From an uncultured Lachnospiraceae bacterium (lineage in GTDB: Bacteria; Bacillota; Clostridia; Lachnospirales; Lachnospiraceae), in NCBI GenBank assembly GCA_910578405.1, contig CAJTQO010000009.1, positions 15,857-79,856 on the forward strand: 64,000 nt of DNA, read 5' to 3'. This document shows positions 41,366-51,598 of the stretch, piece by piece (the stretch's first letter is position 1; each line of letters starts with the position of its first letter). The position numbers and the translations under genes were made by a program. Under the pieces are notes generated by a model, which had not been told where the DNA came from, did no database searches, and saw only the letters and a list, made by a program, of their open reading frames with translations.

Positions 41366-41457
41366 GACTCCTTTTGCCCGATACGTTCCGGCCCGCTGTC
41401 ATTTCTTAACGCTTTTTCCGCTGCGAAAAACAAGCTTGCCCTTTCGCTTTCCCTATC

Positions 41458-41486
41458 ATTGTAGGGGAGATTCTTTGCTGTGTCAA
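41458..41486 (-). promoter_or_regulatory. Sigma-A promoter for the PRTase-StiP-protease operon
   Basis: TTGACA-17-TACAAT. Confidence 0.7.
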
Positions 41487-41660
41487 TTGGGTCATTTCAT
41501 CCTTATCCTTCTCTGCGGATGTTTCACCCAAACCGCGCCGCTGCTTGTAACATCTTTGTGGCAAAAAAGCGTTCATTGGTTTTATCCAATAAACGCTTTC
41601 TTAAAATCTTAATCACAACACACTTTCACCAAAATCCCAGGCGGGCCGGCATTTCACGCA

Positions 41661-41978
41661 CTAATATTTTTCCTTAAACGTCGCGCAGGAAGTCTCCCGG
41701 CAGTCACAAGCCCCGCAGCCTTTGATGTCCACATGGTCAGCCTGGCATTTATAATCCGTATTGTAAACGCATTTTACCGCTTCGCAGTCAATGCTGATTG
41801 TCTGGCAAGGATGCTCCAAAGCGCTTGTATAAGAGTCCCCCCTCTTTTCCGCAAAGCTTTCACAGCAGGTGCCATCCGCGCAGTCCGCGTGTTTTCCACC
41901 CACTACTATATCGCCTTTACAACAGCATTCGCTTTTATTGTATGCGCAGTTTTCCACTCCACAACCTAATTGTGCCAT
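41661..41978 (-). CDS. DUF1540-type Cys-rich protein (two tandem domains)
   Basis: Two repeats of C-x3-4-C-x-YN...C...T-x-C-x-[ST]F. Confidence 0.85.
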   Translation of the reverse strand: MAQLGCGVENCAYNKSECCCKGDIVVGGKHADCADGTCCESFAEKRGDSYTSALEHPCQTISIDCEAVKCVYNTDYKCQADHVDIKGCGACDCRETSCATFKEKY

Positions 41979-42190
41979 AATTTTCCCTCCTATCCAGTCG
42001 TGTATCCTTTCTTTCAAAAAAGAATGCATAAAGCATACATCCATCTTTATTATGGCTGGCGGAACATAAAATATGCAGCCCGCATACAGTAAAAAGCAGG
42101 TAATTTTTTCTTAAGATAAATTTTTCGTAAGATAAATTTTTTGATTGCCGGGATTTATAACCAAAAGGACCGCAGCCCGAAACATAACGG

Positions 42191-43768
42191 CTAACCGTCG
42201 TAAGCCGCAGCCCCGCTTTCCTCCAGCGTAAGCTCATAGGGGGAAACCCAGTATATCTCTAACATAAATTCCGGATGCTCCCGCATATGGATTCCGGCCT
42301 GCTCCCACTCCTTAAGCAAATCCGAATTCCGGTTGCCAATAAACCACACCTTGGCGCCATCCTCCAGACACCGTTCCAGCCCTTCCTTATCCATCGTCCC
42401 ATATTTGTCCTCCAGAATGCGGCAAAGCAGTTCTTCCGGCTGGCTGTCCCACAGATAAACTTTATTTTCCAGATAATACCCCACCACACCCTGCACATGG
42501 TTAAACTGGGTCAGGACAATATCCTCCGGGCCGATAAGGGCCAGCCCTTCTTCCACTTCCTCCATCTTGACCCGCCGCCATGTTTCATCGTTGCGAAACC
42601 ACCGGAAATCACCGACGCCAAGCAAAAACACTAACCCAAGCAAAGGCAGGAACGCCTTTTTGCCTTTGACTGACAGACTGACAAACAAGGCAAACGACAG
42701 CCAAAAACAGCCGGAAGCCGGAAGCATATAGCGGGTAATGAAGACCGGGCGCAGCAAAAAGGAAGCCGCGCACCCAAACAAGACAACCCCTGCCAGAACG
42801 CCTGTCCCGGCCATACAGGCAAAGCATATCTGCCGTTCTTTCCTGTATTTCCATAAAATATAAAAAAACAGCCCTCCATAAACCGCAAACAAAACCACTG
42901 CCGCCGCCACCTGGAAACCGCCGCTTCCAAACTGCGGCTTCATCAGGAATTTCACGCAGGAACCGAAAATCCTCCATGTCAAGGGCAAAATCCAATAATT
43001 TTCCTTCACCTGCGCCACCTGGCGCGCCACCACAGCCATCCATGGCAGATAGGCCAATGCCGAAACAATCACTGCCGCCAGCCATTCTTTCCATGGGCAG
43101 CCATCCCCTTTCCTGCCTGCACAGATAAAAAATACAAACAGGGAAACATAAATCACCGCCACTGCCACACAGGCAAAATAGTGCGTATAGGCAGCCAAAA
43201 TACCATATACCGCCAGGCAAAGCCAGTCCACAGGGATTGCGCCCCTTTTCCGCTCCCCGGAAACTCCGCAGACAATTTCAAACCCATGCAAAAACGCTGC
43301 CGTCACCAAAAACATCGTCAGCGTATACATCCGTATTTCCACCGTATACTGGGGCAGGCTCGGCATGGATACGATGCAGAATGCAAACAGCCCGGCGCAC
43401 AACAGGCCAAAATGCCTGCGCACCTTCGTTATCCCATAAACAAACAGGCCGGCCAGGGGAAGCACGGAACACAGTTTCCCGACCGCCACTGCAGACAGCC
43501 CAGGGGCCGCCATCCGGCACAATCCCTGCACTGTTTTTACATAATAATAATAGAAAGGCGGATGCACATCCATGGCTGTAAGGGCAGTCAGCCTGCGAAA
43601 GCTATTTTCCGCCAGGCCCATAGTATACAATTCATCATACCAAATCCCGTCGCAAAAACATAAACGCGCCGCATACAAAAGCATCCCCACAGCCGCAAGC
43701 AGAAACAATGCGCCGGCCCAATCCCCATATCCCCCTTGCTGTATGGCTTTTCTTATTTTATCCATCAT
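42191..43768 (-). CDS. GT-C fold membrane glycosyltransferase (GT39/PMT-like)
   Basis: IWYDE, DVHPPFYY, EIRMY, YTHYF; many TM helices. Confidence 0.8.
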   Translation of the reverse strand: MMDKIRKAIQQGGYGDWAGALFLLAAVGMLLYAARLCFCDGIWYDELYTMGLAENSFRRLTALTAMDVHPPFYYYYVKTVQGLCRMAAPGLSAVAVGKLCSVLPLAGLFVYGITKVRRHFGLLCAGLFAFCIVSMPSLPQYTVEIRMYTLTMFLVTAAFLHGFEIVCGVSGERKRGAIPVDWLCLAVYGILAAYTHYFACVAVAVIYVSLFVFFICAGRKGDGCPWKEWLAAVIVSALAYLPWMAVVARQVAQVKENYWILPLTWRIFGSCVKFLMKPQFGSGGFQVAAAVVLFAVYGGLFFYILWKYRKERQICFACMAGTGVLAGVVLFGCAASFLLRPVFITRYMLPASGCFWLSFALFVSLSVKGKKAFLPLLGLVFLLGVGDFRWFRNDETWRRVKMEEVEEGLALIGPEDIVLTQFNHVQGVVGYYLENKVYLWDSQPEELLCRILEDKYGTMDKEGLERCLEDGAKVWFIGNRNSDLLKEWEQAGIHMREHPEFMLEIYWVSPYELTLEESGAAAYDG

Positions 43769-43828
43769 GTGTCCGCTCTTTTCCCTTTGCCATCCTGTTC
43801 CAGACCTTGGAAAACGCCGGCATGTTTT

Positions 43829-45793
43829 CTATGCCTTCTCCTTTTGCACTTCCTCTTTGCGTATTTCCTTCGTCCGGATTTCCCTGCTAATCTGCTCCAC
43901 AAACTCCGCCAAAGGCTTCACGCCTTCGTCCCCGGCAAAACGGCTCCTTACAGACACCGTTTTCTCTTCTTCCTCTTTCTGGCCAACCACCAGCATATAA
44001 GGCACCTTTGCCAGCCTTGCTTCCCGAATCTTAAAACCGATTTTCTCCGAACGGTTATCCGTCTCCGCCAGTATCCCGTTGGCTTTCAGTTCCTTCCTTA
44101 CCGCTTCGGCATACTCCTCGTATTTCTCCGAAATCGGCAATACCCTTACCTGTTCCGGACACAGCCAGGTCGGGAATTTGCCCGCATATTTTTCAATCAG
44201 CCAAGCTAACGTCCTCTCATAGCAGCCCATGGATGTCCTGTGGATAATATAAGGCTGCACCTTCTCGCCGTTCTGGTCAATATAATACATATCAAACTGC
44301 GCCGCCAGGAGAGCGTCCCATTGAATGGTAATCATGGTGTCTTCCTTGCCGTATACATTTTTCGCATTGATATCCACCTTGGGCCCATAAAACGCGGCTT
44401 CTCCCACATCTTCCGTAAATGGTATCTCCAGGGCTGTCAAAATATTGCGGATATGCCCTTGCGTCTCTTCCCATACTTCCGGTTCACCGATATACTTCTC
44501 CCGGTTGTCCGGATCCCATTTGGACAGATGATACGTTACCTCCTCCTGCAGCCCTAACGTGGTCAGACAATGCTTTGCCAAAGCCAGACAGCCTTTGAAT
44601 TCCTCCACCATCTGGTCGGGCCGGACAATCAGATGCCCTTCGGAAATCGTAAACTGACGCACCCTGGTCAGGCCATGCATTTCCCCGGAATCCTCATTCC
44701 GGAACAAAGTGGAAGTTTCCCCATAGCGCAGCGGCAAATCCCGGTAGGAATGCTGCGTCGCCTTATATACATAATACTGGAACGGGCAGGTCATAGGGCG
44801 CAGGGCAAACACTTCCTTATCCACCTCTTCCTCCCCCAGCACAAACATCCCGTCCGTATAATGCTCCCAATGGCCGGAAATCTTGTACAAATCACTTTTA
44901 GCCATCAACGGCGTTTTCGTCCGGATATACCCCCACTCATTGTCCTCCAGGTCTTCAATCCAGCGCTGCATCGTCTGGATTATCTTCGCTCCCTTAGGCA
45001 TCAGTAACGGCAGTCCCTGGCCAATCACATCCACAGTGGTGAACAGCTCCATTTCACGCCCCAGCTTATTATGGTCGCGCAGTTTGATATTTTCCAAATA
45101 TTCCAAATATTCCTCCAGCTCTTCCTTCTTTTGGAACGCTGTGCCGTAAATCCTTTGCAGCATGGCATTGTCGGAATTTCCCCGCCAGTAAGCGCCGGAA
45201 GAGGAGGTCAGCTTAAACGCCTTGATTCCTTTCGCACTCATCAGATGCGGCCCTGCGCACAAATCCGTAAAACCGCCCTGGCTGTAAAAAGAAATTTCCG
45301 CATCCTCCGGCAAATCACGGATTAGCTCCACCTTATAAGGCTCTCCCTTTTCCTCCATAAACCGGATGGCTTCCGCCCTCGGCAGCGTAAACCGCTCCAA
45401 AGGATTCCCTTCTTTGATAATCTTCTTCATCTCCGCTTCCAGCTTATCCAAATCTTCCCTGGAAAAGGGCGCGTGTTCAAAATCATAATAATACCCTGTA
45501 TCAATGCTTGGCCCGATTGCCAGTTTGGCGTCGGGATACAGTCTCTTGACTGCTTCCGCCAGCACATGGGAAGCCGTATGCCTTACCACGCGCAGCCCTT
45601 CCTTATCTTTTGCCGTCAGGATATTCAGGCTGCAGTCCCTGTCCACTACCATGCGCAAATCCACCACTTCCCCGTCCACTTCTCCGGCACAGGCCGCCCT
45701 GGCCAGCCCTTCACTGATGTCCGATGCAATGTCAATGACGCGCATCGGCGATGCATATTCCTTGCTGCTTCCGTCTTTTAATACAATTTTCAT
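43829..45793 (-). CDS. thrS: Threonine--tRNA ligase
   Basis: TGS domain, HTASH, DLCAGPH, RDHNKLG, RPMTCP, AAFYGPK. Confidence 0.98.
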   Translation of the reverse strand: MKIVLKDGSSKEYASPMRVIDIASDISEGLARAACAGEVDGEVVDLRMVVDRDCSLNILTAKDKEGLRVVRHTASHVLAEAVKRLYPDAKLAIGPSIDTGYYYDFEHAPFSREDLDKLEAEMKKIIKEGNPLERFTLPRAEAIRFMEEKGEPYKVELIRDLPEDAEISFYSQGGFTDLCAGPHLMSAKGIKAFKLTSSSGAYWRGNSDNAMLQRIYGTAFQKKEELEEYLEYLENIKLRDHNKLGREMELFTTVDVIGQGLPLLMPKGAKIIQTMQRWIEDLEDNEWGYIRTKTPLMAKSDLYKISGHWEHYTDGMFVLGEEEVDKEVFALRPMTCPFQYYVYKATQHSYRDLPLRYGETSTLFRNEDSGEMHGLTRVRQFTISEGHLIVRPDQMVEEFKGCLALAKHCLTTLGLQEEVTYHLSKWDPDNREKYIGEPEVWEETQGHIRNILTALEIPFTEDVGEAAFYGPKVDINAKNVYGKEDTMITIQWDALLAAQFDMYYIDQNGEKVQPYIIHRTSMGCYERTLAWLIEKYAGKFPTWLCPEQVRVLPISEKYEEYAEAVRKELKANGILAETDNRSEKIGFKIREARLAKVPYMLVVGQKEEEEKTVSVRSRFAGDEGVKPLAEFVEQISREIRTKEIRKEEVQKEKA

Positions 45794-45824
45794 GCAATTG
45801 CCACTCTCCTTTCCCTAAACGATG

Positions 45825-46055
45825 CTATTTTTCTTCCCTCTCCGTTTCCGGCTTTTTTTCTTTTCCGTTTCCACTGTTATTTCCATTATGGCTCCCAATC
45901 ATCAAGCTCCGGTTGGGGGAAATCAGCATCCCAACTACCAGGCCGGAAAGCGCGCATACTGCCAGCGTCAGAAAAAATTCCCTCTTTTTCATTGTTGTTA
46001 TCTCCTCTAACAGCGCCTGGAATTCCCTCCAGTTCTCTTTCCACTCTTCTCTCAT
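45825..46055 (-). CDS. Small single-TM hypothetical protein (76 aa)
   Basis: AAGGAG RBS then ATG; FFLTLAVCALSGLVVGMLISP hydrophobic helix; GSHNGNNSG tail. Confidence 0.7.
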   Translation of the reverse strand: MREEWKENWREFQALLEEITTMKKREFFLTLAVCALSGLVVGMLISPNRSLMIGSHNGNNSGNGKEKKPETEREEK

Positions 46056-46139
46056 TTTTCTCTCCTTCCTTATAATTTCCAAATCCGTTATCCGATACGC
46101 ACACTCTAACAAGGGCGCGGCGCATTTTTCCTATAGAAC

Positions 46140-46430
46140 AAAAAAAATCCCTTACATTGCCTGCCGGCGATGTAAGGGACGTAAATGCTACGCGGTTCCA
46201 CCCTTATTGCTTTGCTTCCTGCATCCTGTTCATCCGGGCGCTTTTCGCAAAGCCACTTAATTTGGCTGATAACGGAGCCTCCGTGCCCTATTAAGGCCGC
46301 TCAGAGCTGGTTTTCAAATACCTTCCGGCCAGGATGCTTCCACCACCACGGCAGGCCCTAAGCTATGGCCTCCTATACGACATCCCTCTCTGGAACTTTC
46401 CGGTATCTTACTCGTCTCTTCCACGCATTC
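46140..46430 (-). ncRNA. T-box riboswitch (Thr, ACC specifier)
   Basis: T-box AAGGGTGGAACCGCG (46191-46205); terminator TCCCTTACAT/ATGTAAGGGA plus U7; AGTA and AGAGA stem I elements; GAAA-ACC specifier at 46309-46311. Confidence 0.92.
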
Positions 46431-46526
46431 CCCGGAGTGTGTGAAACTTCCCAAATCCACACTGCCTATGACGCGCGTCTTTGGAAAAGCAAGTTTCAGC
46501 CAACCCCCGTATTTTACTTCCTGCAA

Positions 46527-47006
46527 CTATTCTATGACATTTTCCCCATTCTGTAAAGGGGCAATTGCCAACATTTCTTCCACTATTTCAGCCGCACAGG
46601 CCACCAGACGGCTGCAGGGCCTGCCCGCATAATATTCTTTCGTACGTTTTCCCGGTTTCGCGCTCTGCTCCATGCCGTCCAGCCCAAGCAGTTCCCTGCA
46701 AAGAATCGTCCCGTTCCGTTCCCGGAAACGGCGGCTCATTTCACGCACCAGCAAATAAATCCGCTCCCTGCCTTCCTCATCCGACGGATTGGTATTTCCT
46801 TCTTTCAGCCCTGCCAGCAATGCCATCGCCGACACCGCGCCGCATACCTCCCGCATCCTGCCGATTCCGCCGCCCATGGGACTGGACAGTTTTAACGCCG
46901 TCTCCGCGTCCATGCCAAACAAATCCGCATATGTGGCAAATACAGACTGCGCACATCCATAACCGGACTCAAAAGTCTCTACCGCCTTCTCTACCCTGCT
47001 TTGCAT
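46527..47006 (-). CDS. C-GCAxxG-C-C family putative redox protein
   Basis: GCAQSV, GGGIG, VCGAVS, LCRELLG, PC motifs. Confidence 0.85.
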   Translation of the reverse strand: MQSRVEKAVETFESGYGCAQSVFATYADLFGMDAETALKLSSPMGGGIGRMREVCGAVSAMALLAGLKEGNTNPSDEEGRERIYLLVREMSRRFRERNGTILCRELLGLDGMEQSAKPGKRTKEYYAGRPCSRLVACAAEIVEEMLAIAPLQNGENVIE

Positions 47007-47037
47007 CTGTCTCCCTCTTACTCATGCCTGGAATGTC

Positions 47038-47544
47038 TTACCGGTTCCGTCCGCAGCACTTCTTATACTTCTTGCCGCTCCCGCAAGGACACGGGTCGTT
47101 GGGGTAAATCCTGTTCCCTTTTACAATCGTTGTGGAACTCTTTTGCTCCCTGTACAGCCGCTTGCGGGTTTCTTCATCATAAATGTCTTTCCACTCTTCC
47201 AGATTGTAAAGCCAGTCCGCGCCTGCCGCAACCATATTTTTAAACAAAAGCTCCTTTTCAAACCCAAGGTTTACCCTTGTGTCCTCTTCCATTTCTTCAA
47301 TAGGGTTCGCTTCCTTTAAACTGTCATTGATTCCGTCCAGGAAACCGGTCATAGTCATAATATCCACCTTATATTTCTCCGCCAGCTCCTTAACCGTCCC
47401 CTCCACTGCCTCGTCCGGGTTCTTTAACAGTTCCGCGTAAATTACCTTTTCCCTCTGGAAATACTCTGACCAGAGCCGCTGCAGTTCACTTTTATTCGCA
47501 GTCTCCGAATACGCCTTTGCCTGCCATTCCTGTAATAATGCCAT
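47038..47544 (-). CDS. SEC-C metal-binding domain protein
   Basis: C-terminal [17 protein letters not shown]. Confidence 0.9.
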   Translation of the reverse strand: MALLQEWQAKAYSETANKSELQRLWSEYFQREKVIYAELLKNPDEAVEGTVKELAEKYKVDIMTMTGFLDGINDSLKEANPIEEMEEDTRVNLGFEKELLFKNMVAAGADWLYNLEEWKDIYDEETRKRLYREQKSSTTIVKGNRIYPNDPCPCGSGKKYKKCCGRNR

Positions 47545-47801
47545 TTGTACTACCACCTTTTGTTTATTTTCTTTGTCCACGCATTATACTGCCGCGCACA
47601 GCCCCTTTGCCTTATCGGCAAGTCCGCCGGAAAACAGCTTTGGAACCTCCCAAAACAGGCGCCATGCATGACCTTAAAGCTAGTATATAATACTTTTCCC
47701 AAAAAGTAAATTTTTTTTCCTTTTTCTATGCATAAACTTTTCGCCCTGGGCCATAATAGGATTGTAAGCAAAAGATAAGGTAAATACTTATCCTCCCCTA
47801 A

Positions 47802-47844
47802 GGAAGCCCCTGGGAATGCGGAAGCCGCATTCCCAGGGGCTTCC
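47802..47844. repeat. Perfect 20-bp inverted repeat with a 3-nt loop
   Basis: GGAAGCCCCTGGGAATGCGG-aag-CCGCATTCCCAGGGGCTTCC. Confidence 0.9.
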
Positions 47845-47859
47845 GCTATATTAAAGGCT

Positions 47860-48264
47860 TCATTTTGGGGCGATTTTGAGTGTTGCCAAGCTAATATTAT
47901 CTTTATTTCCATAAGAATTATCTGTAAAAAGAATGTAATTCGTTACTATTGCTTCTGATCCTTCTAACAAAATCCAATTTAATATAATTTGCTTCGCAGT
48001 ATCAACAGTAATCAGTGTTCTTTTTACTTGTATGGCTTTTATCCCACTTATAGAAATAACTAAATTTCTAAACTTGTCTTCATTATCATCAATTGTTTCA
48101 GGAATCAATTTTCTCACAGATACATCATCAATCGTTTCAAATTCAATCTGCATATTTTCACTCATTGATAGCATATAAAATATAAATACCTTTATTTGAT
48201 AGGCAAAACCTCCCAAACTATTTATTCCGCTTTGATCTGGCACAAAAGTATCCATAAAATTCAT
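47860..48264 (-). pseudogene. Probably truncated Cap4-like PD-(D/E)XK nuclease fragment
   Basis: SGINSLGGFAYQ, EFETIDD and AIQVK motifs; AT-rich; the last codons cross the islet boundary. Confidence 0.55.
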
Positions 48265-48487
48265 CCTTCCTGATGCAACTATTAGGATAATTATAACATC
48301 AGCCTTACCTATTTTCCACTAATAACCATTGCATATTATCAATATATTCTGCTGCACCTTTCTAATAATACAATAATGAGCCTTTACATCACCAGATATT
48401 CATTTTAGAATTTGTGAAATAATAAAGACATAGCTATCCGCCATGCCCTGAATCTATCTATCAAATTCTATCAATAAACGCCGCATC

Positions 48488-48820
48488 TTAATCTTCCATT
48501 CCAAATGTCCGATATAACCACGCTCTACTATCCACCAGCATATGTAAAATTCTTACAATTATTACCGAATTGTCCTCTACCATATAATAAATTTTATAAT
48601 TCTTATAATAATCCATACGAACACCCAAATCCGCCAATACTGGATCATCATCTAACTCATTACGCTCTGGAAAATTCTGTAGTTTGTTTATCTGTTTACG
48701 GATACCTTGCACTGTGTTGACTGCCGCAGAAGGATTTTTTAAATCAAATGCAATATAGTCAGCAGCAAACTCCAAATCCTGCTCTGCCAAATCAGATATT
48801 TCAATTTTATATTTTTGCAT
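48488..48820 (-). CDS. RelE/ParE family type II toxin
   Basis: ISDLAEQDL..IAFDLKNPSAA...LQNFPER...YKIYYMV...VIIVRILH. Confidence 0.88.
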   Translation of the reverse strand: MQKYKIEISDLAEQDLEFAADYIAFDLKNPSAAVNTVQGIRKQINKLQNFPERNELDDDPVLADLGVRMDYYKNYKIYYMVEDNSVIIVRILHMLVDSRAWLYRTFGMED

Positions 48821-48974
48821 TCGTATACTTTTTCTCCAATCTGTCACAAACTGTGTTAAAATCCTTCGTCTTTCCTTCTCTTGCCTGCCTTATCCCATCC
48901 ATCACACTCTGCCTTACTTCTATCTGCTGTTGTTTTAAGGTTTCCGCATAAATTTTCTTAACTGCAACTTCCAT
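48807..48974 (-). CDS. Putative short antitoxin (55 aa)
   Basis: GGAGG RBS; overlaps the toxin start; GIRQAREGKT motif typical of antitoxin C-termini. Confidence 0.7.
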   Translation of the reverse strand: MEVAVKKIYAETLKQQQIEVRQSVMDGIRQAREGKTKDFNTVCDRLEKKYTNAKI

Positions 48975-49427
48975 GCGATTTACCTCCTTCCAAATATAAA
49001 AAAACTCTGAATCCATTTCACTATTATTATATCCACTTTTTCATTTATTCACAACCTTCTTTTATCATTGGCATCCTATTTTATTAATATCTCATCTTTG
49101 CACATACTATTTCTACTATTTTGATCGCTTTTATGCTCTATTTAATATTTTCATATTTATTTTTAACGAATACCCCATGCGCCACTACAAGCACATGGGA
49201 TATTCCATCATATACCACCAGAGAATTGCTGTTCTTTCCTACTTTTTCCACCCCGGTATATCTGTTCCATATTCAGTTTTCATTTACATGGCATAGCAAC
49301 AATCCAACCTCATCCCACCTGCAAAAAACTGTTGCCAAGTGTTGCCAACACCTTTAGAGGACGCGCAAATGCCTGGGCAGACGCCTTGGAAACAATATGC
49401 GGTTTCCGGCGTTTGATGGCCCATGCG

Positions 49428-50477
49428 CTATTTGGCAATGCGTATCACTGCCTTTACAATATCCGCTTTATGGTTCACGCTGTAATCCATCGCCTTTTGC
49501 GCCTCATCCAGCTCAAAGATATCCGTCACAATGCCTTTTAAGTTTATTTTCCCTGCCGCAACCGCCTCTATCGCCATCGGATAAATATGGCGGTAACGGA
49601 ATACCGTCTTAAACGTCAGCTCCTTATCCAGCGCAAGGCTCATGGGAAGCGTCATTTCCCCGCTCTTGCTGTATCCCACCAGCACAATCGTTGCGCCTTT
49701 TTTCGTCATATGTATCGTCTGCACGGTCGTCACCTGTGTGCCTGCGGTTTCCACTGCAAGGTCACATCCTTTCCCTTCCGTCAGCCTCTTTACTTCTTCC
49801 ACCGCATCCGTGCGGCCCGCATCAATCACTCCGTCCGCCCCAAGCTCCAATGCCTTTTGCAGACGTTTTTCCATAATATCCGCCACATACACCTTTGACA
49901 CGCCCATTGCCTTCAATGCCATCATCGTCACCAGGCCGATACAGCCCGCTCCCATGACCACTGCCGTCTGTCCGGCTCTTGCGCCCCCCTGCATCGCCGC
50001 ATGGAATCCCACTGCCAAAGGCTCGATTAAAGCGCCTTCCATCGTGCTTACATGCTCCGGCAGCTTAAAGCAAAGGTCGGCCTCGTGCGCCACATATTCC
50101 TGAAACACCCCGTCCACCGGCGGTGTGGCAAAAAAGACCACATCCGGGCAAAGGTTGTAATTTCCCGTTTTACAAAACTCACAATGGCCGCAGGTCTTGC
50201 CCGGTTCTAACGCAACCCTGTCTCCGACTTTCAGGTGTTTCACCTTCTTCCCCACTTCCACAACCGTCCCGCCCGGCTCATGGCCAAGCACAAAAGGCGG
50301 CTTTACCACGTAATCGCCAATCGCCCCAGTCTCATAATAATGCAGGTCACTGCCGCAGATTCCAACATACTCCAGTTTCACAAGCGCCTCGTTATCTTTT
50401 ACCTTTGGGATATCCCTTTCCTCAAATCCCATTTTCCCAATGCCCAGCATTACCGCCGTTTTCATTTTTCCTTCCAT
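49428..50477 (-). CDS. Zn-dependent polyol (sorbitol/xylitol-type) dehydrogenase
   Basis: GICGSD, GHE, CGHCEFC...C structural Zn site, GAGCIG, FRY. Confidence 0.9.
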   Translation of the reverse strand: MEGKMKTAVMLGIGKMGFEERDIPKVKDNEALVKLEYVGICGSDLHYYETGAIGDYVVKPPFVLGHEPGGTVVEVGKKVKHLKVGDRVALEPGKTCGHCEFCKTGNYNLCPDVVFFATPPVDGVFQEYVAHEADLCFKLPEHVSTMEGALIEPLAVGFHAAMQGGARAGQTAVVMGAGCIGLVTMMALKAMGVSKVYVADIMEKRLQKALELGADGVIDAGRTDAVEEVKRLTEGKGCDLAVETAGTQVTTVQTIHMTKKGATIVLVGYSKSGEMTLPMSLALDKELTFKTVFRYRHIYPMAIEAVAAGKINLKGIVTDIFELDEAQKAMDYSVNHKADIVKAVIRIAK

Positions 50478-50564
50478 ATCCGTCTTCTCCGCTTTCCTTT
50501 CTTTTTACTATCTTTCCAAATTTCCGGGTTTGCCTTACTTTGCCCGTCAGCGCAAATATTCTTT

Positions 50565-51167
50565 TCAGCCCTTCTGTTCATCAAACCGTCTGTCCTTAAA
50601 ATAATATTCCTCATCCCGCTCATTGATTTCCCGGTACACTTTGCACGGGCTTCCAAACGCAATTACGTTTGCCGGAATGTCCTTTGTCACCACCGACCCT
50701 GCGCCGATGACGGAATTTTCCCCAATGGTAACGCCCGGAAGGACAATGACATTTGCCCCTAACCATACATTGTCCCCAATGGCAATCGGAAAAGAATACA
50801 TCCCGTCCCCACGATGCTTCGGATGAATCGGATGCCCTGTTGTACACAACGTTACGTTAGGGCCTATCAGGACATGCTTCCCGATTGTTATTTCCCAGTC
50901 ATCAATCAACGTCAGGTTCATATTGGCATAAGTGCCCTCCCCGATGGACACATATTTCCCAACGGCGACCGTAAGCGGCGGCACAATCCATACATTGTCC
51001 CCCGCGTGTCCAAAGATATCTTTTAAAAGCGCGGCGCGGCCTTCCATATCTTCCGGCGGCAGCGTGTTAAATTGCCTTACCAGACCCTTGGTATGCGCCT
51101 GAAGCCCAAGGTTCTCTTCATCGTCCTCCCAAATATAACCTTTTTTCATTTTCTCTTGTTCCGTCAT
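50565..51167 (-). CDS. Sugar O-acetyltransferase (Maa/LacA family)
   Basis: Hexapeptide repeats, IGDNVWLG, GAGSVVTKDIP. Confidence 0.92.
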   Translation of the reverse strand: MTEQEKMKKGYIWEDDEENLGLQAHTKGLVRQFNTLPPEDMEGRAALLKDIFGHAGDNVWIVPPLTVAVGKYVSIGEGTYANMNLTLIDDWEITIGKHVLIGPNVTLCTTGHPIHPKHRGDGMYSFPIAIGDNVWLGANVIVLPGVTIGENSVIGAGSVVTKDIPANVIAFGSPCKVYREINERDEEYYFKDRRFDEQKG

Positions 51168-51199
51168 TTCCCTTACCTCCCAGGCATTTTACTCTGTTT

Positions 51200-51598
51200 T
51201 TATAAATATTGGTTAAACTCCACTTTCTCTTTATTTGGCCCTGCAACGGAAAAAAACCTCACCCCGTTTTCCCAAAACGGAAGGGACTGGATTCCCTCGT
51301 CCAGGATGCAAAGCCCTTTCTCCTTTGCCAGGCGAAATACCGCCTCAATATCCGTCACATTCAGCGCAAGATGATCCACCGCGCCGTTTCGCAGCGCCGC
51401 CTGCTTATTTTCATATGCCTCAACCATTGTATCGCCAAGCCTGAAAAACACTACCCTATCCCCCACCGCTTCTATCACCGTCTCATACGCAATCTCAAAT
51501 CCGAGCGTTTCATAAAAAGCCACCGTCGCTTCCATATCATTGGTGGGAATCCCGATATGCTGCAATCCTGTAATATATGTTTGAAAATTATGCTCCAT
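51200..51598 (-). CDS. VOC/glyoxalase family protein
   Basis: QHIGIP, FYETLGF, DHLAL, GPNKEKVEF. Confidence 0.88.
   Translation of the reverse strand: MEHNFQTYITGLQHIGIPTNDMEATVAFYETLGFEIAYETVIEAVGDRVVFFRLGDTMVEAYENKQAALRNGAVDHLALNVTDIEAVFRLAKEKGLCILDEGIQSLPFWENGVRFFSVAGPNKEKVEFNQYL

Larger units (their letters stand above)
47879..49348. mobile_element. Small AT-rich islet bounded by 11-bp direct repeats AGTGTTGCCAA
   Basis: Repeat at 47879-47889 and 49338-49348 (extra TGTTGCCAAG at 49330-49339); base composition drops sharply between them. Confidence 0.5.

Noticed and set aside
42100..42145. TAAGATAAATTTTT doublet upstream of the DUF1540 gene
   Set aside because: Only two copies in AT-rich DNA; no assignable regulator.
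46314..46526. 70-aa ORF upstream of thrS
   Set aside because: It overlaps T-box stem I and is better explained as leader RNA.
49017..49329. Possible ORF remnants in the AT-rich islet
   Set aside because: Short, without a convincing start or motifs; cannot be supported.
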